Source: Elusimicrobia bacterium GWB2_63_16 (lineage in GTDB: Bacteria; Elusimicrobiota; Elusimicrobia; Elusimicrobiales; UBA9959). From it: a stretch of 64,000 nucleotides of DNA. Location of the stretch: NCBI GenBank assembly GCA_001799715.1, contig MGTZ01000038.1, forward strand, positions 11,558 to 75,557. The letters run 5' to 3'. The position numbers were made by a program, and so were the translations under genes. Positions within the stretch are counted from its first letter, which is position 1, and each line of letters starts with the position of its first letter. The notes under the pieces are model-generated. The model searched no databases, was not told the DNA's origin, and saw only the letters and a list, made by a program, of their open reading frames with translations. Shown here one piece after another: positions 17,668 to 27,513 of this stretch.

Positions 17668-20588
17668 CCCAGCAGCTCCGAGGCCGCCGCCAGGGCGTCG
17701 GCCGGCGTTACGGCATCGAGGCAGGCGGGATTGGCGCAGTCGAATTTGTAGCAGGGCACCTCGCAGCCGGGCACGTCCTTGCGCAGAACGCGCAGGCGCT
17801 CGGCCGGCACCGAGGGCGAGAAGCGCCAGTGGTCGCCGGGCCCGAAGATGCACACGGTCTTGGTGCCCGCGGCTGCCGCCAGGTGCATGGGGCCGGTATC
17901 GTTAGTGATGAAAACGTCCATCAGGGCATAAAGCGCGGCGCTCTCGCGCGCGGAATAAAGCCCGGCGGCCGGGAATACCCGCTCCGAGATCTTCAGGCCG
18001 GCGGCCAGTTCCTGCTCCCCGGCCGAGCCGGTCACCACCAGCAGCGCGCCGGGATACTTCTCCAACAGCAGCCCGGCCAATGCTTTCCATTTCTCTGCCG
18101 GCCAGCGGCGAGACGGGCGAAAAGCGCCGGGGTTCAGGCCTATCACCGGCTTGCCGGACAGGCCGCGCGCGGCCAAGTCCTTGAGCACGGCCCGCTTCTC
18201 TTCGAAGCCGGGCGTCCAGCTGATGGTCAGGTCCCGCGGCTCCAGCCCCAGCGGGCCCAGCAGCCTGGCGGTCAGCTCCACCTCGCTTTTCTTCTCCACG
18301 ACCTCTTCGTAAAAAGTGAAAGTGCCGGCGGCGCCCAGGCCCTTCAGGGCGCGGCAGGCCGAAAGGCCCGGCTTGACCAGCTTGTTTATCAGGCCGGCCT
18401 TCACCAGGCCGCCGAACGACGAGACCAGGCTGAAATTCACCAGCGCGTCGAAGCGCTCGCCGCGCAGCGCCAGCAGCGTCCCGAGGAATTTATACAGCGC
18501 CCCCGGGCCGGCCCAGCGGTACTGTATCGGCACGGCGTATATCTTGTCTATGCCGGCTATGCCTTCGGCCAGCTCCCTGGAGCGGTCTATGGTCAGCAGC
18601 TCCAGCGACGCGTCCGGATAGGCCGAGCGCAACGCGCGCACGGCTGGCGTCATCATAACGATGTCGCCCAGGCCCGCCATGTTCACCAGCAGTATCCTGC
18701 GTTTTCCCCTCACGCTCCACGCGCCGGAGATGACGGCCGGCGGATTGTGCCGGGTATGCTCCAGCCACAGGTGGAAGACCGAGGCGGCGTAGACGCGGTC
18801 ATAGAGGTTGCGCCGGCCGGAAGCGTGTTCGGCCAGCATTTTCGCCGCGCCTTCGGGCGACAGCACGCCGCCCCTTTTTACAGCCTCGGGGCTGAGGGCG
18901 GCGGCCGTGAAATCTTTAAGTTCATTAGCCTGCCAGCCGGCCAGCGGTACCTGGAAGCCGCGCTTGGCGCCGCCCAGTATCTCCGGAGGCAGGCGACCGG
19001 CCAAGGCTTTCTTCAGTAAATGCTTAAGCCTGAAGCCGCGGGTCTTGGCCGCCAGCGGTATGCCGGCCATGAATTCTACCAGGCGCGTGTCCAGAAAAGG
19101 CACGCGCATTTCCAGCGAGTTGGCCATCGAGGCGCGGTCCGCCAGGCAGAGCAGGTCGTCGGGCAGGTAGGAGCCCAGCTCGAACTTGAAAATGCCGTCC
19201 GGGCCGCCGGGCAGGCCGGGCAGCGCGCCGGAACCGCCGGAGGTCTCGGCGTACAGGCGGCCGGAGTAAAATTCTTTTTTCTCGGCGGCGGTGAGATAGG
19301 AGATCCAGGAATTATAGCCGCCGCCAAAATCGGAAGCGCCGGAATTGAGAAAGCGCTTTACGCGGCCCGGCAGGTTGAAGGAGGAGCGGCTCTCGGGCAA
19401 CAGCGAGGCGGCAGAGCCGGCCAGCCGGCGCAGCGCGCCGGGCACTTTCAGATAGCCGGGCAGCAGCCTGGCCCCCAGATGCCGCGGGTAGCCGCCGAAC
19501 AGCTCGTCGCCGCCGATACCGGCCAGCGCCACCGTCACATGCGCGCGGGCCTCCCTGGTCACCAGATAATTGGCCAGCGCCGAGGAGTCGGCGAATGGTT
19601 CGTCGAAATGGCCGGCGAGTTTGGTTATCACCGCGCCGATGTCGGCCTTTACCGGAATTATAAAATGCTCGGCCCCGTAACGCTTCGCCGCAACCGCGGC
19701 CGCGCCGGTCTCGTCGAAGTCTCCGCCGCCGAAGCCGGCCGTGAAGGCCTTTACCCCTGCGCCGGCATGTTCGGCCATGTAGGACAAGATAGAAACGGAA
19801 TCCACGCCGCCCGACAGCAGCAGCCCCAGCGGCACGTCGCTGACCAGCTGCTCCTTGACGCTTTTAGAAAGCAGGTCCCTGATATTCTCCAGCAGGTATT
19901 CTTCGGGCTTCCCCGCGCTGTCCGTCGGGGTTAGTTCCCAGTATTTTTCCACGGAGGCCGTGCCGTTGCGCAGGACCAGAACGCAGCCGGGCTCCAGTTT
20001 CTTGACGCCTCGGTAGATGGTCAGCGGCGCCGGTATATAGAGATAGGTGAAATAGCGGTCTATGGCCAGCGGGTCCAGCTCCCCGCAGACGCCGGGCGCC
20101 AGGCGCAGCGCTTTGAGCTCCGAGGCGAAATAGAACTTGCCGCCGGCCTGCGCGTAATAGAGCGGCTTGATGCCGAACTGGTCGCGGCCCAGCAGCAGTT
20201 TGCGCTCTTTGGTGTCCCACAGCGCGAAGGCGAACATGCCGCGCAGGAATCTGGGGAAATCGTCGCCGTGCCGCTCGTAGAGATGCGCCAGCACCTCGGT
20301 GTCCGTGTTGGTGGAGAAGCGGTGGCCCTGCGCCTGCAGCTCGGCGCGCAGTTCCCTGTAATTGTATATCTCGCCGTTGAACACCACGGCCACGGAGCGG
20401 TCCTCGTTGAAGACCGGCTGCGACCCGGTGGCCAGGTCTATCACCTTCAGCCGCCGCATGCCCAGAGACACACGCTCTTCGTCGGTAAAAAAACCGTCCT
20501 CGTCCGGCCCGCGGTGCCGCAGCGAGCCCGCCATCGCCCTCAGCAGGCCTTCGTTCTTATCGCCGGCGAAGCCGCAGATGCCGCACAT
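17664..20588 (-). CDS. fusion protein: glutamine-hydrolysing asparagine synthase (AsnB-like amidotransferase) + family 9 glycosyltransferase (heptosyltransferase-like)
   Basis: 974 aa. N-terminal MCGICG Ntn nucleophile, LLSGGVDS PP-loop. From about residue 629 (nt about 18704 downwards) RILLVNMAGLGDIVMMTPAVRAL ... ITNDTGPMHLAAAAGTKTVCIFGP (GT9). Confidence 0.9.
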   Translation of the reverse strand: MCGICGFAGDKNEGLLRAMAGSLRHRGPDEDGFFTDEERVSLGMRRLKVIDLATGSQPVFNEDRSVAVVFNGEIYNYRELRAELQAQGHRFSTNTDTEVLAHLYERHGDDFPRFLRGMFAFALWDTKERKLLLGRDQFGIKPLYYAQAGGKFYFASELKALRLAPGVCGELDPLAIDRYFTYLYIPAPLTIYRGVKKLEPGCVLVLRNGTASVEKYWELTPTDSAGKPEEYLLENIRDLLSKSVKEQLVSDVPLGLLLSGGVDSVSILSYMAEHAGAGVKAFTAGFGGGDFDETGAAAVAAKRYGAEHFIIPVKADIGAVITKLAGHFDEPFADSSALANYLVTREARAHVTVALAGIGGDELFGGYPRHLGARLLPGYLKVPGALRRLAGSAASLLPESRSSFNLPGRVKRFLNSGASDFGGGYNSWISYLTAAEKKEFYSGRLYAETSGGSGALPGLPGGPDGIFKFELGSYLPDDLLCLADRASMANSLEMRVPFLDTRLVEFMAGIPLAAKTRGFRLKHLLKKALAGRLPPEILGGAKRGFQVPLAGWQANELKDFTAAALSPEAVKRGGVLSPEGAAKMLAEHASGRRNLYDRVYAASVFHLWLEHTRHNPPAVISGAWSVRGKRRILLVNMAGLGDIVMMTPAVRALRSAYPDASLELLTIDRSRELAEGIAGIDKIYAVPIQYRWAGPGALYKFLGTLLALRGERFDALVNFSLVSSFGGLVKAGLINKLVKPGLSACRALKGLGAAGTFTFYEEVVEKKSEVELTARLLGPLGLEPRDLTISWTPGFEEKRAVLKDLAARGLSGKPVIGLNPGAFRPSRRWPAEKWKALAGLLLEKYPGALLVVTGSAGEQELAAGLKISERVFPAAGLYSARESAALYALMDVFITNDTGPMHLAAAAGTKTVCIFGPGDHWRFSPSVPAERLRVLRKDVPGCEVPCYKFDCANPACLDAVTPADALAAASELLG

Positions 20589-21718
20589 CAGCGCTGGGCC
20601 TCCGGGAACACCTTATGGTAGAAAGCCGCATGCCCCTCGATGAAGTTGTCGAGCGTGAACCTGGACGCGGTTTCGGAGGCCTTGGCACCCATACGACAGG
20701 CGCCGGCGGGGTCGGAGAGCAGCGCGGCCAGCCGCTCGGCCAGCGCGGCCGGATCACCTGACTTGAACAGGGCGCCGTTCGTCCCGTCCGTCACTATCTC
20801 CGTCACGCCGGGCAGGTCGGCCGCCAGCACCGGCTTGCCGATGGCCATGGCCTCCAGCAGGGCCAGCGGCTGGCCTTCGGCGCGCGACGGCAGCACGAAC
20901 ACGTCGGCGGCCGCCAGGAAATCGCGCACGTCGCTGCGGAAACCGGTGAAAACCACTTTATCCCCCAGCGGCGCGGCCCGGCGGCGCAGGTCGGCTTCCA
21001 GCGACCCGGAGCCGGCTATCACGCATTTGATCTTTTCGAACAGCTCGGGGCGGGACTTGGCCAGCAGCGGCAGAGCTTCCAGAAGTATGTCAAAACCCTT
21101 CTGGTTCTCCAGCCTGCCCAGGGCAGCCAGCACTATATGACCGCGCAGGCCCAGCTCGTTTATGACGCGGGACGCGTCGAAGCCCGCCCCGCCGTCGAGT
21201 ACGGCCGGGTTCGGGATCACATCCACGCGTCCGGCCGGCACGGCATGTTTGTGCACCAGCAGGTCCTTGATATAACCGGCCACCGTTATAAAAGAGTGCG
21301 TGCGCTTCTCGGCGGCCGCGTTCAGCGCCAGGTAAAGTTTCTTGCGCAGGAAACCCACGTCGAAACCGTCCACCGGCATAGCCACTGTGGACACCGCGCG
21401 CACGCCGGCCTTTGCCGCCGCCAGGGCGCAGTAGAAATCGGCCCTGGCGCCCTGGCTGTGCGCTACGTCTATGCCGTTCTCGGCCATCAGCTTCTTCAGC
21501 CGCCCGATATTGCGCAGGTCCAGGCCGCACGAGAGGTCCAGCGGAAGGAAGCGGCAGTGGTCCTTGACCTCGTCGTAGAAGCGGCCCTCCGGCCGGGCCG
21601 CGCAGTACAGCCCGAACTCTTCCTTGGGCAGGCCGCGCAGCAGCAGCGAGAAGGTCTTCTCCCCGCCGCCGTAGCACGAGTTCTCTATGACGAAAAGCAG
21701 TTTTATTCTGCGCTTCAT
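20588..21718 (-). CDS. family 4 (GT-B) glycosyltransferase
   Basis: 376 aa. GGGEK N-terminus, C-terminal VFVLPSRAEGQPLALLEAMAIGKPV EX7E motif. Confidence 0.85.
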   Translation of the reverse strand: MKRRIKLLFVIENSCYGGGEKTFSLLLRGLPKEEFGLYCAARPEGRFYDEVKDHCRFLPLDLSCGLDLRNIGRLKKLMAENGIDVAHSQGARADFYCALAAAKAGVRAVSTVAMPVDGFDVGFLRKKLYLALNAAAEKRTHSFITVAGYIKDLLVHKHAVPAGRVDVIPNPAVLDGGAGFDASRVINELGLRGHIVLAALGRLENQKGFDILLEALPLLAKSRPELFEKIKCVIAGSGSLEADLRRRAAPLGDKVVFTGFRSDVRDFLAAADVFVLPSRAEGQPLALLEAMAIGKPVLAADLPGVTEIVTDGTNGALFKSGDPAALAERLAALLSDPAGACRMGAKASETASRFTLDNFIEGHAAFYHKVFPEAQR

Positions 21719-21894
21719 AGCGTTTCCCCCGACAGCCGTTCAGCGGGCGGTCAGCCGTAGCATGACCGCTGAGCAAGTCGCAAAAGCGTCTTGTCCTTCA
21801 TTCGACCGAAAGACAATTATATATTTTCGCGAAGCGTGTCTGAGAGCAAAAACACCGGCTGGCTTTTACAGCCTAAAGGTTATAAAATCAAGGC

Positions 21895-22614
21895 ATGACG
21901 AATATGGCGGCATACTACCTGAAAAAGCCGTTCTCTCTTTTCAGAGACATCTTCACCTACCCTGCGGCCAAGATCTCCTCTATGGACTACGCCGACTACT
22001 GGACAGCACGAGGAGAATCCTCGTGGACAGCGCGCTACGACGTCTTCTCCAGTTTGATAGAACCAGGGACGTCCCTTCTGGACATCGGGTGCGGCGATGG
22101 CTTCGCCCTTAAATATCTCGCCGAGAAAAAAAGCGTTTCAGGAGAAGGGGTAGACATTTCCGAAGCCGCTGTACGGGCCGCGACCAACCGGGGGGTCAAA
22201 GCCCGCGCGGCAGATATTACTGCGGCCGGATTCGAGATATCAGGGGTATACGATTATATCCTGATCTCGGAAGTGATAGAGCACATAGCGCGACCTGAAG
22301 ACCTGCTCCGTAAAATTCACGGGCATTTCAGGAAAGGCCTGATAGTTTCCATACCCAACTCGGGTCATTACATACACAGATTGCGCCTTCTTTTCGGCCG
22401 TTTCCCGGTTCAATGGATGCTGCATCCCGGAGAGCATCTGCGCTTCTGGACGTTACGTGATTTCCGCCGATGGTCGGAATGGTTAGGATTCAGGGTCGCC
22501 GGCATCAGGACGAGCACGGGAGTCCTTCTTTTGAGCGGAATTTGCCCCGCCTTGTTCGCCGATAATCTGGTATTCCTTTTGAAAGATGCCGGCGGAGTAC
22601 AGGATGCTTCTTAA
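21895..22614 (+). CDS. class I SAM-dependent methyltransferase (MetW-like)
   Basis: 239 aa. LLDIGCGDG, YILISEVIEHI. Confidence 0.8.
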   Translation: MTNMAAYYLKKPFSLFRDIFTYPAAKISSMDYADYWTARGESSWTARYDVFSSLIEPGTSLLDIGCGDGFALKYLAEKKSVSGEGVDISEAAVRAATNRGVKARAADITAAGFEISGVYDYILISEVIEHIARPEDLLRKIHGHFRKGLIVSIPNSGHYIHRLRLLFGRFPVQWMLHPGEHLRFWTLRDFRRWSEWLGFRVAGIRTSTGVLLLSGICPALFADNLVFLLKDAGGVQDAS

Positions 22615-23299
22615 CAAATTGCTCAGGACCGATCTGGAAGGAGAGAGAAACAATGCCGCGATATTGCGGCTGTTGGCGCGCCTCCCCAAAGGCGGGAATT
22701 TGTTGGACGTGGGGTGTGCAGACGGAGGCAGAACAGCGCTGTACGCCAACTCCCTGGGCATAAGTCTGAACGCCGTGCATGGCATCGAAGCGAAGAGCGC
22801 TTATCTTGAAAAGGGGCTTCCTTTCCCGATTTCGGTCTTGAACCTGGAAACCGACAGTTTCCCCTGGGAAGCCGGTTCCTTCGACCTTGTCGTCTGTAAC
22901 CAGGTCCTTGAGCACCTAAAGAACATGTTCCTGCCGATGAACGAGTCGGTCAGGGTGCTGCGCAAAGGCGGGCGCCTGCTCATTGGAGTGCCGAACGTGG
23001 CCGCGTTGCACAACCGCATCCTGCTTCTTTTCGGCGGTCAGCCGGTATGTAATCACCTGGCCGGCCCCCACCTGCGATGTTTCGCTCACAAAGCCTTCCT
23101 GCGTTTCCTGCTGTCGAATCCCGCCGTATCCCTCGAGGCCTGCACTGGAGCCTCGTTATACCCCCTGCCCTGGCCGATGGATGACTGGGCCGCCGCACTG
23201 GCGCCGCCGCTGGCAGCTGGCACGTTCTACCTACTCAGGAAGACGGCAGTTGCGCCAGCGCCCTGGGCTATGGAAGAAGGCGCAGACACTTTTCTTTGA
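22586..23299 (+). CDS. class I SAM-dependent methyltransferase
   Basis: 237 aa. LLDVGCADGG, VVCNQVLEHL. Start uncertain (alternative Met at 22604). Confidence 0.75.
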   Translation: MPAEYRMLLNKLLRTDLEGERNNAAILRLLARLPKGGNLLDVGCADGGRTALYANSLGISLNAVHGIEAKSAYLEKGLPFPISVLNLETDSFPWEAGSFDLVVCNQVLEHLKNMFLPMNESVRVLRKGGRLLIGVPNVAALHNRILLLFGGQPVCNHLAGPHLRCFAHKAFLRFLLSNPAVSLEACTGASLYPLPWPMDDWAAALAPPLAAGTFYLLRKTAVAPAPWAMEEGADTFL

Positions 23300-23300
23300 C

Positions 23301-24575
23301 ATGAAGATCTGCATTCTTAGCACATCAACAACCGCGCACACCCTGGGCGGAACGGAAATACAGGCGGAAGCGCTCGCGGCGGAAGCCTCGCGGCTGGGAC
23401 ACTCGGTCCTTGTTCTCACCTCCGCCAGCCCCGCCGGCCTCGAGAGGGAAATGAAAGACGGATACGAAGTTAGATATCTGTCCGGAACGCACCACTCCAT
23501 GACAAGACACTGGGTAGAGCCCTGGTACCGGGAGAGTGCCGCGGCCATTGCCAGGCTCCGCGCGGAGAAAAAGATTGACGTAGTCTGGGCCGAGAATTTC
23601 TCCGGTCTGTCTTATGCCGGACTCCCTCCAAAAGACCGCGCCCCGCTGATCTCTATCGCAAACGGGTTGGCCATAAGGGGAGAGCTTTCTAGTCATTACA
23701 AAGCTCTGTCCGGGCCTGCCGATCTTGCTTATTTCCTGACGTTCTATGCGGCACAGCTTCTTTTCTATTACATCCCCTGGTTCCGCGCGATGGCAAGGGA
23801 TTCAGATCTGATTGCGGCTGTGAGCCGGGAAACTGCCGAGGCTTTTGAGAGCGAACTCCCGGACAGCCGCGGGAAGACGGAGGTCATGTACAACCCGGTG
23901 GATTGCTCCCACTTCCATCCTGACCCGGAGTTGCGCCGCCGGGCCCGCAAGGAATTAGGAATAGCTCCGGAATCCGTGGTTATATTGATGGCAGGGGTAA
24001 TGCACAGGCAAAAAGGAATGCACATCGGACTTACCGCTTTTGCCGAACTGGCCGCACAAAATCCAGGAGCGCTGCTACTGATGGCTGGAGACGGCCCGGA
24101 AAGGCCGGGACTGGAGAACATTGCAACACGCGCGGGCCTATCCGGAAGAGTCAGGTTCTTAGGCCTGCTTCCCAACAGCGGTATGCCTTACTTCTACAAC
24201 GCGGCAGACATATACCTCAACCCGACCACCCGGGCGGAAGGGTTCGGCATCGTAAACGCGGAGGCGATGGCCTGCGCGCTGCCGTGCATAATATCCAGGA
24301 CCGGCGGCACAGCCTCGACCATCGACGACGCAGAGAGCGGCTATTTCTCCGAGCCAGGGGATGCGGCGTCTATCGCAGGCCCGCTCTTACGTTTGGCCGG
24401 AGACTCCGCGCTTCGCGCTGATTTCGGCCGCACTGGCAGGGCTAAGGCCGTTAAAATATTTGACAAGAAGGTGGTGGTAGGAAGGTACATTGAGGCCAGC
24501 GAAAGACTCCTTACCGCAAGATCAGCTCGACAGGGGACCACCGCGGCCGATAAGTCCGTCGAAGACGGCTTTTAG
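23301..24575 (+). CDS. family 4 (GT-B) glycosyltransferase
   Basis: Start at MKICILSTS (23301) within the 22983..24575 ORF. LGGTE N-terminus, NPTTRAEGFGIVNAEAMACALP EX7E region. Confidence 0.85.
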   Translation: MKICILSTSTTAHTLGGTEIQAEALAAEASRLGHSVLVLTSASPAGLEREMKDGYEVRYLSGTHHSMTRHWVEPWYRESAAAIARLRAEKKIDVVWAENFSGLSYAGLPPKDRAPLISIANGLAIRGELSSHYKALSGPADLAYFLTFYAAQLLFYYIPWFRAMARDSDLIAAVSRETAEAFESELPDSRGKTEVMYNPVDCSHFHPDPELRRRARKELGIAPESVVILMAGVMHRQKGMHIGLTAFAELAAQNPGALLLMAGDGPERPGLENIATRAGLSGRVRFLGLLPNSGMPYFYNAADIYLNPTTRAEGFGIVNAEAMACALPCIISRTGGTASTIDDAESGYFSEPGDAASIAGPLLRLAGDSALRADFGRTGRAKAVKIFDKKVVVGRYIEASERLLTARSARQGTTAADKSVEDGF

Positions 24576-25421
24576 AATAAGCCTCAGTTCTTTCAGGTTG
24601 ACCCCTCGGTTCGTCTTTATAGATTCGAGGAAATACAGAGGCAGGCCCAAAAACACGGTTACTATACTGGCGGTCAATCTCCTGACCGGCGGAAAATTCC
24701 TTTCAAAAAGAAGCAATTTATTACGGTACAGGTAGTAGAGACGGCCGCGCCTGCTGCCGCCGGAAAGCGGAAGGTCGTGGACGGCTTTGACCGAGGGGCA
24801 GTACCTCACGCGCCACCCGGCCTTTTTCAATTGCAGGCAGAAATCCACCTCCTCGTGCGCCGTATAAAACAATTCCGCGTGAGTTACCACGGCCGCGGCA
24901 GCGGCTCTAGCCAGAAAACAACTGGAATTCAGCCAATCGCAATCCATCTCTTCGTCCGGATCCGTCTCCGAATACCGCCCGTCCCATCGTCCTATGAAAT
25001 TCGCGCAATGAGCGGTTCGGTCCGGATCGGAGGCGTAAACCAGCCTTGGCCCGACCAGAGCGCAACCGGGATTCCTGGCCAGACAGCCCACAAGACCGGC
25101 GATCGTGTCTTTCTGAACATAAACGTCGTCATCGAGATAGAGCAAAGCCTCGGCCGGGCCTGACTCTTTCGTAAGCCTGAAGCGGTTATACGCGATGCCC
25201 TTGTTCGCGCTGTTGCGCAGCAGGGTAAAACCAGTCATCCCACGCGCCAATGCCTCCGCACGAAGCGGTTCCAGCACCGCGCAGGAACAGTCGGAGCCGG
25301 CATCATCCAAAACGGTCAATGTAAGGTCTGTCAGCGGATATTCCTGGTCAAGGATGGCTCGGATCGTGCGAAGCAAGGTCTCACGGCGGTTATATGTGGG
25401 GATTAAGACGCCGATTTTCAC
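24522..25421 (-). CDS. family 2 glycosyltransferase
   Basis: 299 aa. IGVLIPTYNR, VLDDAGSD, LDDDV. Confidence 0.85.
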   Translation of the reverse strand: MKIGVLIPTYNRRETLLRTIRAILDQEYPLTDLTLTVLDDAGSDCSCAVLEPLRAEALARGMTGFTLLRNSANKGIAYNRFRLTKESGPAEALLYLDDDVYVQKDTIAGLVGCLARNPGCALVGPRLVYASDPDRTAHCANFIGRWDGRYSETDPDEEMDCDWLNSSCFLARAAAAAVVTHAELFYTAHEEVDFCLQLKKAGWRVRYCPSVKAVHDLPLSGGSRRGRLYYLYRNKLLLFERNFPPVRRLTASIVTVFLGLPLYFLESIKTNRGVNLKELRLILKAVFDGLIGRGGPLSS

Positions 25422-26215
25422 GGTTTCTCCGTGCCGATTCCGGCAGCACGCACGGCGGCGCCGCGGCCGCAGTAGACGAAGAGCAGCGCCAGCACCAGCG
25501 AGCCGTTTAAGACCAGGAAGAATGACAGCAGCAGGTCCAGCGCCCCGCCAAAACAGGCGGCCAGAAAGAGGATATAATGCGTTTCCCTGACACGGAGATT
25601 GGCGATCAATATAAGCGCCAGCCGCAAGGGCTTATCTCTCCCCTCGAGCGGACCACGCTGCGGCGCGCCGTCTAAACCACGGAGCTTTTCCCAGTGCTGC
25701 CGCAGTGACACATCGAAGAGGCTCTCAAGGTACGCGGCGTAAACCGACAGGAAAGCAGCGGCGCCGCCCACCCAAAGCCACGCCGCGCCGGAAACATATT
25801 CAAGAAGGCGCAGCGAGGGCGTACGCCAGGCGAGTACGCCGACCGCGGACCAGAAAAGCATGTCGGCAAAACCCATTACCGAGTCGAGGAACCGGCCATA
25901 AGGATTCCGCGTCCGCATTACCCTGGAGATGTCCCCGTCCACGCAGTCCAAAAGATTGAAAAGCGTCAATAAGGCTATGCCGCACCACGGCCGAGCAGCT
26001 AAGGGCAGGAATAAGCAGGCCAGGCCTGCCGCCGCGGTAGCCCCGGAAAGCCAGGAAACCGTTTCAGAGGACAGGCCGATCCGTATCGCAATCCAAGTCA
26101 TATGATAGGAGAGCGGCCTGAATAAATACGTGTTCGCCAGCAGAAAGCGTTCATAATCCGCCCTGCCCGCGTGTGCGGAGCGTATCTCAGCCAGCGTTGG
26201 AAAAGGACCCCTCAT
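25418..26215 (-). CDS. CDP-alcohol phosphatidyltransferase-family membrane protein
   Basis: 265 aa. DCVDGDISRVMRTRNPYGRFLDS resembles DG(x2)AR(x8)G(x3)D. The last Asp of the motif is displaced. Multi-TM. Confidence 0.7.
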   Translation of the reverse strand: MRGPFPTLAEIRSAHAGRADYERFLLANTYLFRPLSYHMTWIAIRIGLSSETVSWLSGATAAAGLACLFLPLAARPWCGIALLTLFNLLDCVDGDISRVMRTRNPYGRFLDSVMGFADMLFWSAVGVLAWRTPSLRLLEYVSGAAWLWVGGAAAFLSVYAAYLESLFDVSLRQHWEKLRGLDGAPQRGPLEGRDKPLRLALILIANLRVRETHYILFLAACFGGALDLLLSFFLVLNGSLVLALLFVYCGRGAAVRAAGIGTEKP

Positions 26216-27513
26216 ATCAAATCTTTCCTTTCAGACTCCGCACCGAATATCTCAGAGAAAACCTTGAGCAGTTCCCCGTAATTCGCCCCGGCCCAGAAAA
26301 AAAGTGCAAGTGCGGACAGGAAATGCAGGGAGAAGAATCCCCGGGCCAACATAGGCCAGATTTCCCTCTGTAGCCAGATTTGGCGCAGGGTTAGATTAGC
26401 AAAAGGCAGTGGAACTTGGTAGTAGAATATTTCCCAGAAACTATTCAAAATAAAGGCCAGCACGAAAACAGGCACGGCTTTGAAGCCCTTGCGCCCCGAC
26501 AGCAGTGAATGGATCACAGCATAGAACGGCACAGTGAAAAGAGCTCCGTACATCAGCCAAATGGAGGGGGCGGTAAGCGTCATGACCAGCGTTGCCATGA
26601 AAAAATCTACGGCCATGGCAGGACCGTTTGCCGCGGCGGGATATGCTCCAGCCTTGCGGAACCAGAACCAGACCAAAAAGGCGAATAACGCCAGGCTGGC
26701 AGGCAATATCAGATATAGCTGATTTCCACCCAAGAAAAGACCGGAAACAAACGTCAACGACATTCCGTGAAAAAAATGGGAATACTTACTCAGTTCCGGA
26801 AACTGCTTTAGGTACTGCAGGTTTTCATGCAAACCGAATATTACAAGCGAAGCGCACGCCAACGCCAGGCTTGTCAGAACAAAGACTATTAAGCCGCGCA
26901 CATCCTTGCGCCTAAGGTATACGGCCGCGAGCGCCGCCGGAGCCAGTTTAATGGAAGCAAAGACAGCCAGCAACGCGGGCAACAATCCAGGCCGATTCTT
27001 CGCCATTAGCAGATAAGCCAGGCACAGCCCAGAAAATATCAGGATGTTAATATTCCCGGTTTGCAGAGTTTGGTAAAGCGGCATTGAAAGAAAGACTGCG
27101 GCTGAGGCTGCGGCGGCTGAAAGCAGTTTACCCTGCGTAGCCCCTAGCTTGTACACTATAAAAAAAGAAGCTAATACCAGCCCATGAGACAGCGCGAACC
27201 ACGCCAGTGAAGCCTCATACACCGGAAGGCGGCTGAAAGGCAGATATATCACCACGGAAAGAGGGAAGTAGGAATAGCGGTTGAACCAGGCCGGGATATC
27301 GTATATCGAACGCCCATCCAGCAGGTTAGCGGCTGCCATGTACCCCCGATAAAAATCCAGGCCCTGTACGTCGAAGTTTTGCGAAAGCGGCTTGTAAATG
27401 CCGTAGTAGAGATAAAAGAGCATACTGGATACTATTACAAGCGAGAGCAGCAGCGTCCGCAACTGCGGCCGCAAGGCGAACACTGTGCTGTACAGGCGGC
27501 TCATTTTTTCCAT
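26212..27513 (-). CDS. polytopic membrane protein, GT-C type (DUF2029/GT87-like) glycosyltransferase
   Basis: 433 aa, more than 10 TM. N-terminal loop GLDFYRGYMAAANLLDGRSIYD...YSYFPL is typical of this family by eye. Confidence 0.6.
   Translation of the reverse strand: MEKMSRLYSTVFALRPQLRTLLLSLVIVSSMLFYLYYGIYKPLSQNFDVQGLDFYRGYMAAANLLDGRSIYDIPAWFNRYSYFPLSVVIYLPFSRLPVYEASLAWFALSHGLVLASFFIVYKLGATQGKLLSAAAASAAVFLSMPLYQTLQTGNINILIFSGLCLAYLLMAKNRPGLLPALLAVFASIKLAPAALAAVYLRRKDVRGLIVFVLTSLALACASLVIFGLHENLQYLKQFPELSKYSHFFHGMSLTFVSGLFLGGNQLYLILPASLALFAFLVWFWFRKAGAYPAAANGPAMAVDFFMATLVMTLTAPSIWLMYGALFTVPFYAVIHSLLSGRKGFKAVPVFVLAFILNSFWEIFYYQVPLPFANLTLRQIWLQREIWPMLARGFFSLHFLSALALFFWAGANYGELLKVFSEIFGAESERKDLI

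Noticed and set aside
24522-24575. 54-nt convergent overlap between the GT4 (plus) and GT2 (minus) genes, as a possible antisense regulatory device
   Set aside because: Both reading frames simply run to their first stop. This is more likely a consequence of stop-poor GC-rich sequence or module junction than a designed feature. It is mentioned under the AT-rich sub-region finding instead.
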